A stretch of 64,000 nt of DNA from NCBI GenBank assembly GCA_044892525.1, contig CM097887.1:116600397-116664396 (forward strand), written 5' to 3'. The notes beneath the pieces were generated by a model. That model searched no databases and was not told the origin of the DNA. It worked only from the letters and a program-made list of their open reading frames with translations. The position numbers and the translations under genes were made by a program. Below are positions 12,140 to 25,135 of the stretch, in pieces; within the stretch, counting starts at the first letter, position 1, and each line of letters opens with the position of its first letter. Source of the DNA: Schmidtea polychroa. Lineage: Eukaryota.

Positions 12140-13128
12140 TATGTTGAATTTATTGAGTTGGCGTTTCTCTATTATTGTATTTATAGTCAAGCTTTTTCAT
12201 AAATACACTTTATTGACTGAAAAATATAATTATACATTTATATTTAGACATAAAATTTATATGCTGGCAATTGAAATTTGATCCTTTTGAAATTGTATGG
12301 CAATATAAATATATATTTAATTCGGAAAATGTCAAATTAACTAATTTAATAAATACTGACATTATAATAATTTGATTTTTAAGGATTATGCAAAGTGTTC
12401 TGTCTAAATTTAGCTGTTTCTTTTTAATAAAAATGATGGATTTTTATAATAAATTTGACCGAGTCTACATATTTTTCTACTCATTTATTCCAGCTATATA
12501 TAAGATTGCCAGAATTATATGAAAATAAGACTTTTTTCTTTTTTCTCGGAGTCGTCATAAAAAATCGATCGACTGGACTCCTTTTTATATTTTCTTTAAT
12601 GAACAACGTTACGGTATGTGTCAATAAATACATTCGAATAAGAATTTTGGAAATATATTATATGGGACAGTTTCTCGGAAACAATGTTATTATTACAGTA
12701 ATTTATGAAAATCATCTCCGACAATAATAGCATTAGAAATAAGAAACCTGATAGGAGTAATTACGTTTAACTAATTATCTTGAGAGTAATAAAGTTACAG
12801 TTACTATGACCTCTGAAAGATTCAAGAGCTGCAAAAGTGAAATTACTTTTAAATATTTTGTGCATCTCACTTTTCCACCAGTTCAGCTGTTATTGAATTG
12901 ACCGGGAAAATTGCAAGTAAGGTTGGAGTATCGTTGGAGAGAAGTAGCGTTACGAATTTAATACTGGAAGATGCTAACAAAGAGAAACATATAATCAAGA
13001 ATCTCTTACGCTGAAAATCTATGTTTTTAGAAATAAATGCCTGTTCAAACAGGCTGTTCACGTCACCTAGTAAATTACTTGGCGATAAAAGTTCAGTTCA
13101 GATTTTTAAAAATACCTTAACGAACAAG

Positions 13129-14340
13129 TAGTGGCGTCACTAGGCCTGGTGTCACCCCCTCACGACACCATATATACCTCCTCCGAGTCCACCAGTGCCA
13201 AATAACGGAAACATATAGAATCCTTAGTAACGTTTGTAAATATATGTACTATATTTACAAAGGCAATAGAAGAAAAAACTAATTCAAAGTCTGTTGGTAA
13301 TAGATTGTAAGAAGTTAAGAACTAAGAACTACATAGAAAATATGTTACTTTTTTAATTGTTATTTTAACGTTAAATTTTATGTCATATTAAATCTTGACT
13401 AAATCACAACTTTCCTTTGCTGGTATTTAGAGCTGCAAACTTGTTAATTACATCATCAAAATCAAATCCTTTCGTCAAATCATTTTCAATTTATAATATT
13501 GCAAGATCATAAAGCCTTGACTGTCCCATGGTAGATCGCATATACCGTATATTTCGGCGTATAAGACGACCCTTAAAGTCAAAAAATCACCCTTGAAAAT
13601 TGTGGGTCGTCTTATACAACCGATATAAAAGAAAGTATTACAGTACAGGTAGTTGTATTTATACTAGTTGTATTTATACTACTACAACCGATATATGATA
13701 AATCAAAAAAATTTGCTCTAATTTTGTACCTCGTCTTATCTGACGGTCGCCTTATACGCCGAAATATACGGTAGTTCTTTATAAACTTTAGCTTTGAAAA
13801 ATTCCTCTCATATGAAGCCACAGACACACGGATCGTAAGAAATAATTGTAAGCTCACTGGGAGATACGGGAGAGATTCTAGGAAGTCTCATTCAGCTATG
13901 AATTTCGAAACGTCAAGTACTGACCAGTCTTTGGCTTCTTCGAGATCAATCTCTGCTGCGTTCAGGTGCCTTCTCAGCCTTGTTATTTATAATAAAAGGT
14001 TTTCCTCTAATAACTCATTATGGAAAGTGGTCAATTTTGGAATGTAAGCCAGTAACTTTTCTTCAGTGGCATATATCAAACTCTTGTCTTGAACAGCCTC
14101 AAACATGGCCCACTACTTCCTTGAAGACTCTTGATTTGATCTGGAGTTCCGAATAAAAACGATCAATACACTCAAGCATCCCTATCTTGTTTTCTTCTTG
14201 TAGAGTTAGTCCAGCATTTCTTGTCTTCTCGCCTGTTATCCTCTTCTTGAACCTGGGTCTGCTCTCTACTGAAATCCCATATTGGTCTGATTTGTGCTTA
14301 TGGGTCCCTGGACCCACATTGTACAACGTTTATTTTTGGC
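13129..14340 (-). mobile_element. hAT transposon remnant (transposase C-terminus and dimerisation domain)
   Basis: LFLTIRVSVASYERNFSKLKFIKNY joins MRSTMGQSRLYDLAIL*IENDLTKGFDFDDVINKFA once the MITE is removed. TIR-like tagtggcgtcactagg at 13129. Confidence 0.8.
13545..13771. mobile_element. Tc1/mariner-type MITE inserted in the hAT dimerisation domain
   Basis: TIR ccgtatatttcggcgtataag / cttatacgccgaaatatacgg; TA duplication at 13543-44 and 13772-73. Confidence 0.9.
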
Positions 14341-14924
14341 TGCGTTTTTCTGTACGTCACTTGCTTAGATTTAAAATTATAATCCGACAATTTGGTTGAG
14401 AATAAAATTCTATACAACAATCCTTTACTTTAAATTTAAGTGAAAATTCCTTTTTTAAAGATTACCTTGAAAAATGTTTTTGTTCCTTCGGACTTACAAC
14501 TTATATAACTCTGACAAAGTTTTTCCAGTGACACAAAGTCACGATAAATATAAAGTAATTTGTCATTTTATTCTATTTTACTCTACTTTTGGCAGTTATA
14601 TCTGGTGGCACATTTTGACCATTTTTCATTTATTACATATTTTTTTGTATCCTCTTCTTTTTATATAAATTAATTTGGGTAAAACAACTAGATAGATAAA
14701 GAGTTATTCTAAATTTTCAGTTATTACTACATCATGTGCATTTTTTCATCTCACAATCCGTTAGTAGTTTTTCAGGGTTCCTCATACCAATTTATATACA
14801 TTTATCCAAGGCAAGTTCATCAACTGCAAAATGTCAATATGCAATTTTGTTTTCGTTGAAAAATAACATGATTTAACATTTATCAATTAGGTTGGCCAGG
14901 CTGAAGCCACTGCCTATCTCAACT

Positions 14925-15150
14925 ATAATCATGAAAGAAAACCCACTTTTCGTCTCCTGTAATAATTCGCTTCACTCATATTATGTAGATGGTGCTTTGA
15001 GAATAGTCAAGCGTATCTCCCTAATTAAAGCACTACGAAACCACCACTAAGCTGTATTTTCCTTAAGAACACCACTGCCATCGACGTTGCAAATTTCTTG
15101 AGTCATAGCTGCTGCAGTTAGGCCTTTCCCATCAATAATGTCGTAATAAG
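14925..15150 (-). mobile_element. Mariner transposase fragment
   Basis: RIITGDEKW motif at 14941-14970 and HTH-like AAAMTQEICNVDGSGVLKENTA*WWF. Confidence 0.7.
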
Positions 15151-17867
15151 ACAGGAATTATTTCTTTTTTCAATCATTTTAATAAAAATTAGTAAATGGA
15201 GTTTTAAAATTATAACTTTATATGATATAAGTGTTATACTTAAATTAATTGGTAAAACAATAACTTTACATAACTAAAAAAACATTATTATATTAATTAA
15301 CAAGTATTATATTAATTGAAAATAATATATAATGAAATTGCAAAATATGATCCCGTCAATTATATTTGTTTTCGAATATGTACTATAATACCAATTTTGC
15401 AATATCTGACATTTAAATATTTTTTATTTACATAATTAATAAAAAGAACATCATTTAAAAATTGCTGTTAATCGATAAGTTTCGCCTGGTTTAAAATCAA
15501 ATTTGTAATTCAAGTGTAATATTTACTGTGGATGTTCTTTAAAAAATGTTTTTAGTACTTCACATTCTTGGTAAGGGAAAGAGCAATTGTTTCAGGAAAT
15601 ATGGCGCTCTAGGTACACATATATTAAAGCACCACCATTGCACAGATAATAAAATATGAGAAATATGGTTAAACATACAGTATGTCAGCACATCAAAATA
15701 ATTATTTGCAAAAAACTTTAATTTTTAGGAAGGTAAATAAAAAAGCACTGGTTTTATAATTGTTGTCGATTTTGAATTAGTGTGGAACCACAGACTATAA
15801 CGTTTTTAAAAAATATTCTTTTGTATTATCATAAGATTTGCAATTTTGTTTTTAAAATTTGACGCTCTAGGCGGCTTCCAATATCGCCTACGCCAGGAAC
15901 TGGGTCTTATAAGGAGTTGTATAGCATTATACAAACATCCTTTGAAAATCTCAAAAAAGGATTTCAATTTTTCAATTAAGAAAAAATTTTCCAAACCTCA
16001 TTCGATTTTATTTTGATTTATATATTTTTGTCGATGTAATGATTTCAAATTATTTCTATTTGGGTATTAAATTTTATATTCATGGTGCGTATAAAAGATT
16101 AAATAATTACTGTTGCACCAATAGTATTGGCTGATGACCAACTTAACATTTTTTTTCAGCTAAATATACACTTAACTTTAGATTTAAACAGAGATACAAA
16201 TAAAATTTTGTAAAACGATACACAATGTATTTATAAAAGGAGGATTGGCTTTACTAAATTATCAACTATATAAATTGATGGTTTTTGATCTTTCTGGCTT
16301 TTCAATAATTATTGCAAATGATCAGGATTTTGCTTTCCTTACATAACCTTACCATATAACCTTGAACTCTCATTACTTTCTCATTGACTTCCGTTAGAGA
16401 CTGATCTTAAAGTTGATCTTTAACTTGTTTACCGATTTCCTTTTTTTCTCAGATCCTGTCAACTGCAAAATTGGTCAAATTATGAGAAAATTCATCTAAT
16501 TTATGTATTCTGTTGTAAAAATTTTGTTTCATAATTCTCAATGTCTCCTCCTATCAATTGTGAAGTGACCTCATCTTTTGTAGTTTTGTTCAATCAATAC
16601 AAATTGTTTTTATCTGTTGCCACGTTTCTTTGGCGGGCCTCTGGGTATAATACATCATTATGACTTGAACACATCCTTATGCTATAGTATACATGTAATT
16701 ACTTACTACAAAATCTTATTATTCCACCGTGTATAATACTTATCAAATTTTCAATTCTTTTTAAGCTAACCTTTATCAATAGTTTTTGTTATTTTACTAA
16801 GTTTTTCTTTACTTTTATACATGGTGATTACAATAAAAAATTTGGTTCGATCAAGCCAAATGCTATAATTTCTTTGTTCAAAATTTTATGAACAAAATAA
16901 CCCCATAGAAAACTGTTTCAAGTATTTTGTTCAGATTTATTTTGTCTAAGTTCTAAGTATATTTTAAGTAAATAAATGTTTTGCTGAATTTTTGTAAACT
17001 TAATTTTTTCAGAAATCAAATTGATCATAAAATACATTTTGATGAATAGTGCATTATTAGATATTCCTTTAATGGATATGCCTAGAATCGAAATGATTCT
17101 TTAAGAATTCTTTAAGAATTACGAATGGGATAATTTGCAAATAAATTTATGATCATAATATCATTAGTAATTTGTACATTTTCTCACAATTACATAAAAA
17201 TTAGAACATAACTTTCAGCAGTATAATTTTTATTTCAGGATTATAAACATGGCCGCAGCAAAGGGAATAAGTATAACTATCCCATAATCAATGGCGGTTC
17301 ATAATAAAATTATACTAAATTTTCTATATGATTTACGAACGAGAGAATTCAAAAAGTTCACATATGTTTATAATTTCTAAAAGCTTCACATTTAGTGATT
17401 TACATATTCGCCATAAATGACAGAACAGGTGACTTTCTGACGTTTTTAACGAATAAATGGTAGAACTAAATGACAGCCATATTCAAATACACAAATATAG
17501 AGATGCAAGATTTCCATTTGTCAATTATATCTGCTGACAGTGCACATTTTTGTGGAATATTGTTGAATAAAAAATTCTTTTAATTAAACAAATATAACTA
17601 TATCTATAAAGTTTTATCATAAAGTTATTGTATCGCTTTTTTAACACCCTGGTGATACTAAATCTAATTTATCATTGATTCAATTAAAGTAAACTATTAA
17701 TTTCTATAACATTTAAGTTTTCCATATCAGCAATAATTCTAAATAATTGGTCAAGTTGTTTCCATAGTGCAATAATGATGATATTGTCTTTTTAAATCAG
17801 TATTATTAAAATAAATTTGATGCTCAATTTTGATATCTACAATATTTTCACTTTTCAACGAACATAA

Positions 17868-18409
17868 GTAGATGGATTGACCACCGCTGGATTAAGTACC
17901 CCCCTCTAAAATTCTTAGTGTTTTATGTATTTAAAATAAAAATTATTTAATTTTAACGATTTTTTTATTATTTTTCATAAATGTTTTCAGAGTTTTTTTA
18001 ATATAATAATTCGACTTTAAAAACAGGCCACCGCAGGATCATGTAGGTCAAATCAAATATTAAGTAGGCAAATACATATTCTATAAAGTTTTAATGAATA
18101 CATTATCTATGTAGATTTTTAATAAATAACTAGGTCAAATATACACACACTATATATATACTTTAAAAACCTACATAAAATTACGTGAAATAATAAAAAT
18201 GATGAAAAATTACTGAGTTCGCTTTGACCTACATAAAACTATGAAAAAAATTCGTAAAAATAGCTCAAAAATCGCGAAAAATAATAAAGACTTAGAAAAA
18301 TGTGAAAAATAAAAAATTTATTTGACCTACATAAAAATATTTGGAATTTTAGAAAAAATTTTTTACTCCGGGGGGAAGTACTTGATCTAGGGGTGGCCAA
18401 TCCATCTAC
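17868..18409. mobile_element. ~540-bp non-autonomous TIR element (Harbinger-type TAA flanks, or Polinton-like AGTAG ends)
   Basis: gtagatggattgaccaccgctggattaagtacc versus the reverse complement of the right end, gtagatggattggccacccctagatcaagtact. TAA on both sides; repeated subterminal tgacctacataaaa motifs. Confidence 0.75.
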
Positions 18410-20733
18410 TAATCCATCAACTAAATTATTTTCCCACTTAACATCACTATTTTCTCATCTTCTAAATAATTTTACATGACTCTTTCATTGTTTTTAAAAT
18501 TTGCATTATATTTTTATTATATGTAAATTAATGGTTTTCGACTTTTACAGAACCAAAATAAATATTAATTAAAATATCAATTTAACAATCGAATTTAAAA
18601 AACATTAATTTAAGACTTAACATTGCTAAATGAATAGTTAATATTACAGAAAATGGGCCCAAAGACGCAAACATTTTTTTGCCCTTCTAAACATGTTTAC
18701 TAAAAGTCCAAGATTGGTGACATACAGTCTGTGTAAGATGCCAAAAAATCCACTAAGTTTTAACATTGAAAATGATGAAATCATCAGATTAAAACTTTCA
18801 AAACCTAAGGTGCAACAGAGGACTTTGCGGCTGACAAGTTTCACATTGCTTTACATTAAAATGAATTATTAAACAAAATGAACAAAGATAAGTTACAATA
18901 ATATACTTTTATATAAATACTAAACTTTAGTAACTAAAGTGTAAAATATAAAATATAGATTATATTTAAGAGGTCATTAAAGTTAAAAATGTTATATTTT
19001 TATTAATATTTTTAATTTCTTTCGTTCAGGGGTGATAAATGATAAAATTTCCAAATATCTTTATAACTTTGATTTCAGATATCGGACGGCTTAATACATC
19101 TAACTAATTTTAATTTGAAACTATTCAAACATTTATTATTACGTATTGGCCTCATAATCTTGAAAAGTTAATTATGAGTTCTTCAAATTCTATTAAAAAC
19201 TTTCAACTAATATTGAATGGATAACTTATTTTTTAACAAAATGACAATAATTATAGTAAACCATTAGTAAACTTCATATATTAAATTAAATTTATAATTT
19301 AAAATAATTTTATGTGACTCTTTCTTTCATTGACTTTTCGTTGTTTTTATAATTTTCATAAATTTCAATTTGATTTTGATTTTACAATTTCACTAAATAT
19401 TACTTTTTTTGTATATTAGTATTCTTTTGTAAATTTTTACTAAATATTAATTTCAATAGTTTTTCACAATTTAAATTCACTTTTTCAAGTCAATAACCAA
19501 CAATGTAATTTATTTGCTCACCTCCATAAACTATTATAGTTTGCTTCTATTGGTTAGGATTTCTAAGGATCAACACAACAAACTGTACTCGCACTCGCTA
19601 AATCGTTTTATAAATTTACTTTTCGACTAATTTTGGGAAATTTAGAGAAGTTATATATTGATACTGTGACATTAATCGTATCTAACTGCAAACTGTATTA
19701 ACTCTTTTTTCAATCTTTCATTTGAATTATTTTACCATCACTTGACAGGACACTAATTATCCTATCAAGATCGGAGACTTGGTTTATATACTGAGATGAT
19801 TAATTTCATCAACAAAATTTTAATGAATTAGTCTGAAATTTTGCAATTGCATAACATGGAGAATCCCCGGTGATTTACAATTATTAAATTAGCTAATAAC
19901 ATCTGTTGAACGAACAAAACAATAGGCATATCATATAATGACAAATGCACAGGTGTAGAAACTAAATGAAATTCAAGTTTCATTAAAAAGTTTTATGAAA
20001 TGAAGAAATGTTATATTTTATAATTAATATTTTTTATTTCTTTCGTTCGGGGGTCCTAGATGTGCATCTAGATGCATCTATTGACTTTTCGTTGATTTTA
20101 TAATTTTCATAAATTTCTTTTTTGATAGAGTTTTTTCTATTTTACTACATATATTCTTTTTATAAATATTTCTTAAATATTAATCTTTCCAAATTTGCAA
20201 ATTATAGAGCTAAATGAACTTTTATATTCATAATAACTGTTTAAATGAAAGTTATCTTTATCATTTACGGGTTTATCTCTTTATTTTCTCGAAAACTCTA
20301 GAGTAGTAAGGTTGAATTCAGAAGAACTTTTGGCATTAAATTTGCCTGTAATTTTTTAAAAAGAAAATTTAATTTAAAATCTTATCATTCCATTCCATTT
20401 ACATATTGAAAGTTTATATTCATATTTAATTATATGTTTTGGTTGTGTGTGTAAAGTTTTTTTTCTACCGCTTTTTCAATTTCTACAGTAAATGTTATTA
20501 TTCATGAAACATTAGAATTCCACACACCGATAAGTTTGTGTGTTTCCATAATATAAATTTATTGCTTTTTTTGATATTATAGATAATATTATTCCATGAA
20601 AACAGGTGTAAATGCAGTAAGTAGTCCAGTAGTTAAGTAGTTCAGTCAATTTAGATCACCACAAAAATTGGTTGATCTCAATTATTGTTTAGTTTTAGTA
20701 TATAATTAAATGTAAAACATTTTTTGTTTTTAG

Positions 20734-22126
20734 TCAAAATCAACCACAAAAAGATTCTTATGATGTTAGTTCACTTTTGGATACAGCTCTAAGTTATTAT
20801 AGTCGTCAGAAAGTCATTATTAATATTAGCGGCTTGAAATATGAAACATTTCTAGATACTTTAACGAAATTTCCAGATACTTTACTTGGAAATTCAATAA
20901 AAAGAAATATGTACTATGATTCAACAAGAAATGAATACTTTTTTGACAGAAATCGCTCAAGTTTCGATGGTATTCTTCATTATTATCAAAGTGGAGGTGT
21001 ACTTCGACGACCAAATAATGTGCCTTTCGATGTGTTTGCTGAAGAAATCAGATTCTTTGAATTAGGAGAAGACGTTTTTGAAAGATTTAAAATTGATGAA
21101 GGATATGTGAAAGAAGAGGAAAAGATTTTGCCGAAGAATAGTTTCCAAAGAAAAGTTTGGCTATTAATTGAATATCCTGAAAGTTCAATTATGGCAAAAT
21201 TAGTAGCGATTATATCAGTTTTAGTTATTATACTTTCTATTGTTGTGTTTTGTGTAGAAACTCTTCCTCGATTCAAGCATTATCAAATCGTCCATGTGCC
21301 TATTTTCGCTACAAATTCTTCAGAAATGCAAATTGTTGAAGACGATACACCAGAATTTGGTGAACCATTTTTTATGATTGAAAGTATTTGTATTATTTGG
21401 TTTACTTTAGAGCTACTGATTCGGTTTGCATCATCACCATTTAAATTAGATTTTCTAAAAAATGTAATGAACATGATTGATTTAGTATCAATATTCCCAT
21501 ATTTTATAACACTTGGAACTATCATCTCTACTGAGGGTGTAACTCAAAATCAAGCGACAACCTCGTTAGCAATTCTGAGAATAATCCGATTAGTAAGAGT
21601 GTTTAGAATTTTTAAATTATCTCGTCATTCCAAAGGCTTGCAAATTCTCGGACAAACCCTAAGAGCTAGTGTTGAAGAGTTGACTATGCTCACTTTTTTC
21701 TTATTGATTTGTGTTATACTTTTCAGTAGTGCCGTTTATTTTGTGGAAGCTGACACTGAGACATCTCTTTTCCGAAGTATACCGGATGGTTTTTGGTGGG
21801 CAGTGGTTACTATGACCACAGTTGGATATGGCGACATGATGCCAGTAACGGTTTTCGGTAAATTAATTGGCAGTCTTTGTGCTATTGCAGGAGTTCTCAC
21901 CATTGCATTACCAGTTCCAGTTATCGTTTCCAATTTCAACTATTTTTATCATCGTGAAATGGAAAATGAGAACCATTCAATGAAATACTCAGATTTATTG
22001 AAACCAGAAATTTCCACTTCTTCGATTAATCAAAATAATCAAGAGTCAAAAGAACAGACTGTTTTCAAAGTCAATCATGATCCTCATTTTACCAATCAAC
22101 TTTCTGCTATTGAAACCGATGTATGA
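20734..22126 (+). CDS. KCNA (Shaker): Shaker/Kv1 voltage-gated potassium channel, large coding exon (start codon probably in an upstream exon)
   Basis: T1 domain ([10 protein letters not shown]...[11 protein letters not shown]), S4 [25 protein letters not shown], pore TTVGYGD, S6 [17 protein letters not shown]-terminal IETDV PDZ motif. The open frame begins after the acceptor tttttgtttttag at 20733; no in-frame ATG precedes T1. Confidence 0.95.
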
Positions 22127-22159
22127 ATCCTTTTTCCAGTTATACTTAGCTCAATATAA

Positions 22160-22450
22160 NNNNNNNNNNNNNNNNNNNNNNNNNNNNNNNNNNNNNNNNN
22201 NNNNNNNNNNNNNNNNNNNNNNNNNNNNNNNNNNNNNNNNNNNNNNNNNNNNNNNNNNNNNNNNNNNNNNNNNNNNNNNNNNNNNNNNNNNNNNNNNNNN
22301 NNNNNNNNNNNNNNNNNNNNNNNNNNNNNNNNNNNNNNNNNNNNNNNNNNNNNNNNNNNNNNNNNNNNNNNNNNNNNNNNNNNNNNNNNNNNNNNNNNNN
22401 NNNNNNNNNNNNNNNNNNNNNNNNNNNNNNNNNNNNNNNNNNNNNNNNNN
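22160..22450. other. Assembly gap (N run)
   Basis: Run of N. Confidence 1.
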
Positions 22451-23029
22451 TATTAGTATTATATATTATTCAAAAATAAAGTGCTCTTAGATGATTTTGA
22501 AACTTTATTTAAATTGTTTGGAACATTATAATAAAATAAAAGAGATTATATAATCTAATGTACTCGCCATATTAAAAGAAAATAGAGACTCGGGCAACTG
22601 AAAGTTGGAAACGAGGTTATTTTGCGATACTATTCATTCGTTTCAATTTCTATTTTTTTGAAGTATTTATAATGAAAAAAATTGTTTATTTTAATATTTA
22701 ACTTTCATTTTATATTAGAAGATCAAACAATGTTGACATTATTAATATTAATTATTTATGTTAATAATAAATTAATATTAAAAATATACTGGGGTAAAAA
22801 AGTAGACAAAAATAGTGAAAATCCCAACAAAATTTTATTTAGATGTTATTTAGATATCCTCAACACAAAGTTAAAATTGAATCTGCAATATTTCCGGTTA
22901 TACATTTGGATTAAACGAAAACGACATAAATACAGCATCAATTTCAAATTTCATGAAGTCTTGGAAACGTCTCTCGAGCTCTAAAACCAAACTTTTGATT
23001 TGTTCCCCGTATCTAGTAATAATAAAGTT

Positions 23030-24635
23030 TAGATTTTCTGATTCTTTCAATTATGACAAAATATTTGGAAAAAAAGTTAGATTTTTGTCCTCTATTTTGG
23101 TAATAAGTAAATGAAGCTTCTGTATAAATGCATTGATTGAACTTATCATATCGAATATCAATTTATCCTTACCTTGTAAGTTGAAATTTAATTCATTCAG
23201 CATTGCTGTAATATCTACTAAAAATGCAAAATCCAAGAGCTAAACATCTTCTTTCGATTGCTTGAACTCATCTTTTATTGCGGCAAGGTACAACTTAATC
23301 TCTAAAAGCAAGTCTCTAAATCTTTGTAAGGATTTTCCTCGACTAAGCCACCTTACATCGTTATGCATCAATAACTATGTAGAACTTATGCTATTACTTT
23401 CTTCAACTTGTAATTTGAAAAGTCGCCTCTGAAGACTTCTTGCACAAATCGAGTTATCAATTTTGAAAGTTATGCCCATAATATCTATCATATTAAGAGT
23501 TTTACCACACAAGGCTTGTTGATGAAAAATACAGTTGTAGGAAAGAAAATCTGGGAAGTCACAATCATTCCTACAATAAGTTATAAATCCGATGTGACGC
23601 CCTGTCATACCTGATGCACCATCTATTGTTATAGAGACAAGCTTACAAATTTGGAGCTGAATGATGTTGGCAAAGGATTTAAAATTCTGAAATATATACT
23701 CACCTCAAGTTAGTAGGTGGAAGTGTGGAGTCGGGAACAAAGACCATCTTTATAAACCATTTGAATAAAAATTATAAGGTGTGAAACATCAATTGATTCG
23801 TCTGCTTGCAATGAAAATGCGGTACAATTTTCTATGTCTATCATTAACTGTTTTTTTAAATTGGAACTTATTTCTTCGACTCTCCGTGTAACTGTATTAA
23901 TGATTTTGCTGCTTCTAAAAATGCTTTTTTTACCATTACTCATCACTAAAAGATTTCTTATTTTTTGCCAGAACGTAGCTTACACGAAAGATGCAGCTGT
24001 AGCTGCCTTTGATTTGGATTTTAGCTTCGTAAAAAAGGATTGTTGAGAAGAAAGGCATGTTTTCAATTTCATAATTTTAGACTTGCGTAGTTCACTGTCA
24101 AGTGGACAGTCAACTGCAAAAGTCTTATGAATTGTCTTGAAATGCCTTTCCAAAGTCCTTCTTTTTTGTAATGAAATAGTAGCTTTGCAAATAAAGCAAT
24201 AACATTTACCTTTAATCATTACAAAAAATACTCCTTCTGCATTTTTTCTTTGCAATTTTTGATTGAAACAAACAAACTAAATGAAAATTAATTTATCAAA
24301 GAAGCTTAAGAAAATTTTGCACTATAATACATCAATCAAAATTAAATTAAACTAAATAAAATATTACAAAATAGACATTTAGTGAAGTAGTGAAATCAAA
24401 ATTAAAAAATTTTATTTAGTATACCATGCGAATTTAAAGTTTAAAAATTATTACCATGGAGATAGAACACAAAACATGAAAATTGGCAAAAAATTTAAAC
24501 ATAAAGCAAAAACTTAATATAAAATCTAAAATTTATATAATTTATGTATATAAATAATAATTTTTTTATGAAAATCTATTAAAGAATCCTTCATGATCTA
24601 CTGGTAGATCGCGATCGACCTTATCGGCACCCCTG
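23030..24635 (-). mobile_element. Degenerate hAT (Buster/Charlie, GTF2IRD2-like) transposon
   Basis: Fragments CFICKATISLQKRRTLERHFKTIH, FSLQADESIDVSHLIIF, YNCIFHQQALC, FAFLVDITAMLNELNFNLQGK. Terminal ...ggcacccctg at 24635. Confidence 0.9.
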
Positions 24636-24714
24636 TTTTTGTGCCTCCAACATTTCAATTAATAAATATATTAATTTAATAAATAAATTACAAATGCATT
24701 ATTAAATTAAGTAT

Positions 24715-25135
24715 ATTAAATCACGCTGTTAAAATATTCATTCTTCTTTCGAACATCACCTTTTATTTCAAAATGTATATGGAATCCATATATTATTAAT
24801 TTGATGCAAGTCTGTTTCCTCCGAGAAAACATCATTTCTAATACCCAATATTACAATATTCGAAACATGAACTCTTCACACTGGCCACTGATTTACTTCC
24901 ATATTGGCTTCATTATGGTATCAACACTAATTTTCTTATTCTTGATATATCCATGCACCATCAATATTCAAATTTCTATTATTGAAAATATCAGATCACG
25001 CCATAAATCCTCAAACGAACATCCGATCATCCTTGATTGCAGCTATACCAAATATAATGGGATCAATAATCACTAATTGATCTTGAATGACAAATCAATG
25101 ATTTACGATAAATTAACTTAATCAGATCATGGATT
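24715..25135 (+). pseudogene. Decayed signal-peptide plus Ig-like domain gene, copy 2
   Basis: ATG at 24915 gives MVSTLIFLFLIYPCTINI...HPIILDCSYTKYNGINNH*LILNDKSMIYDKLT*SDHG; clear nucleotide homology to the reverse complement of 5100-5555. Confidence 0.55.

Larger units (their letters stand above)
11885..12176. repeat. Long near-perfect palindrome (~140-bp arms), probably inverted Penelope pLTR copies
   Basis: 11885-12025 is the reverse complement of 12036-12176 with one visible mismatch; the 10-nt spacer duplicates actaataat. Confidence 0.95.

Noticed and set aside
20826-21939. Minus-strand ORFs overlapping the Shaker exon, and similar antisense ORFs over NDUFA9, DPP3 and the TEs
   Set aside because: Shadow frames of real coding sequence with no independent motifs.
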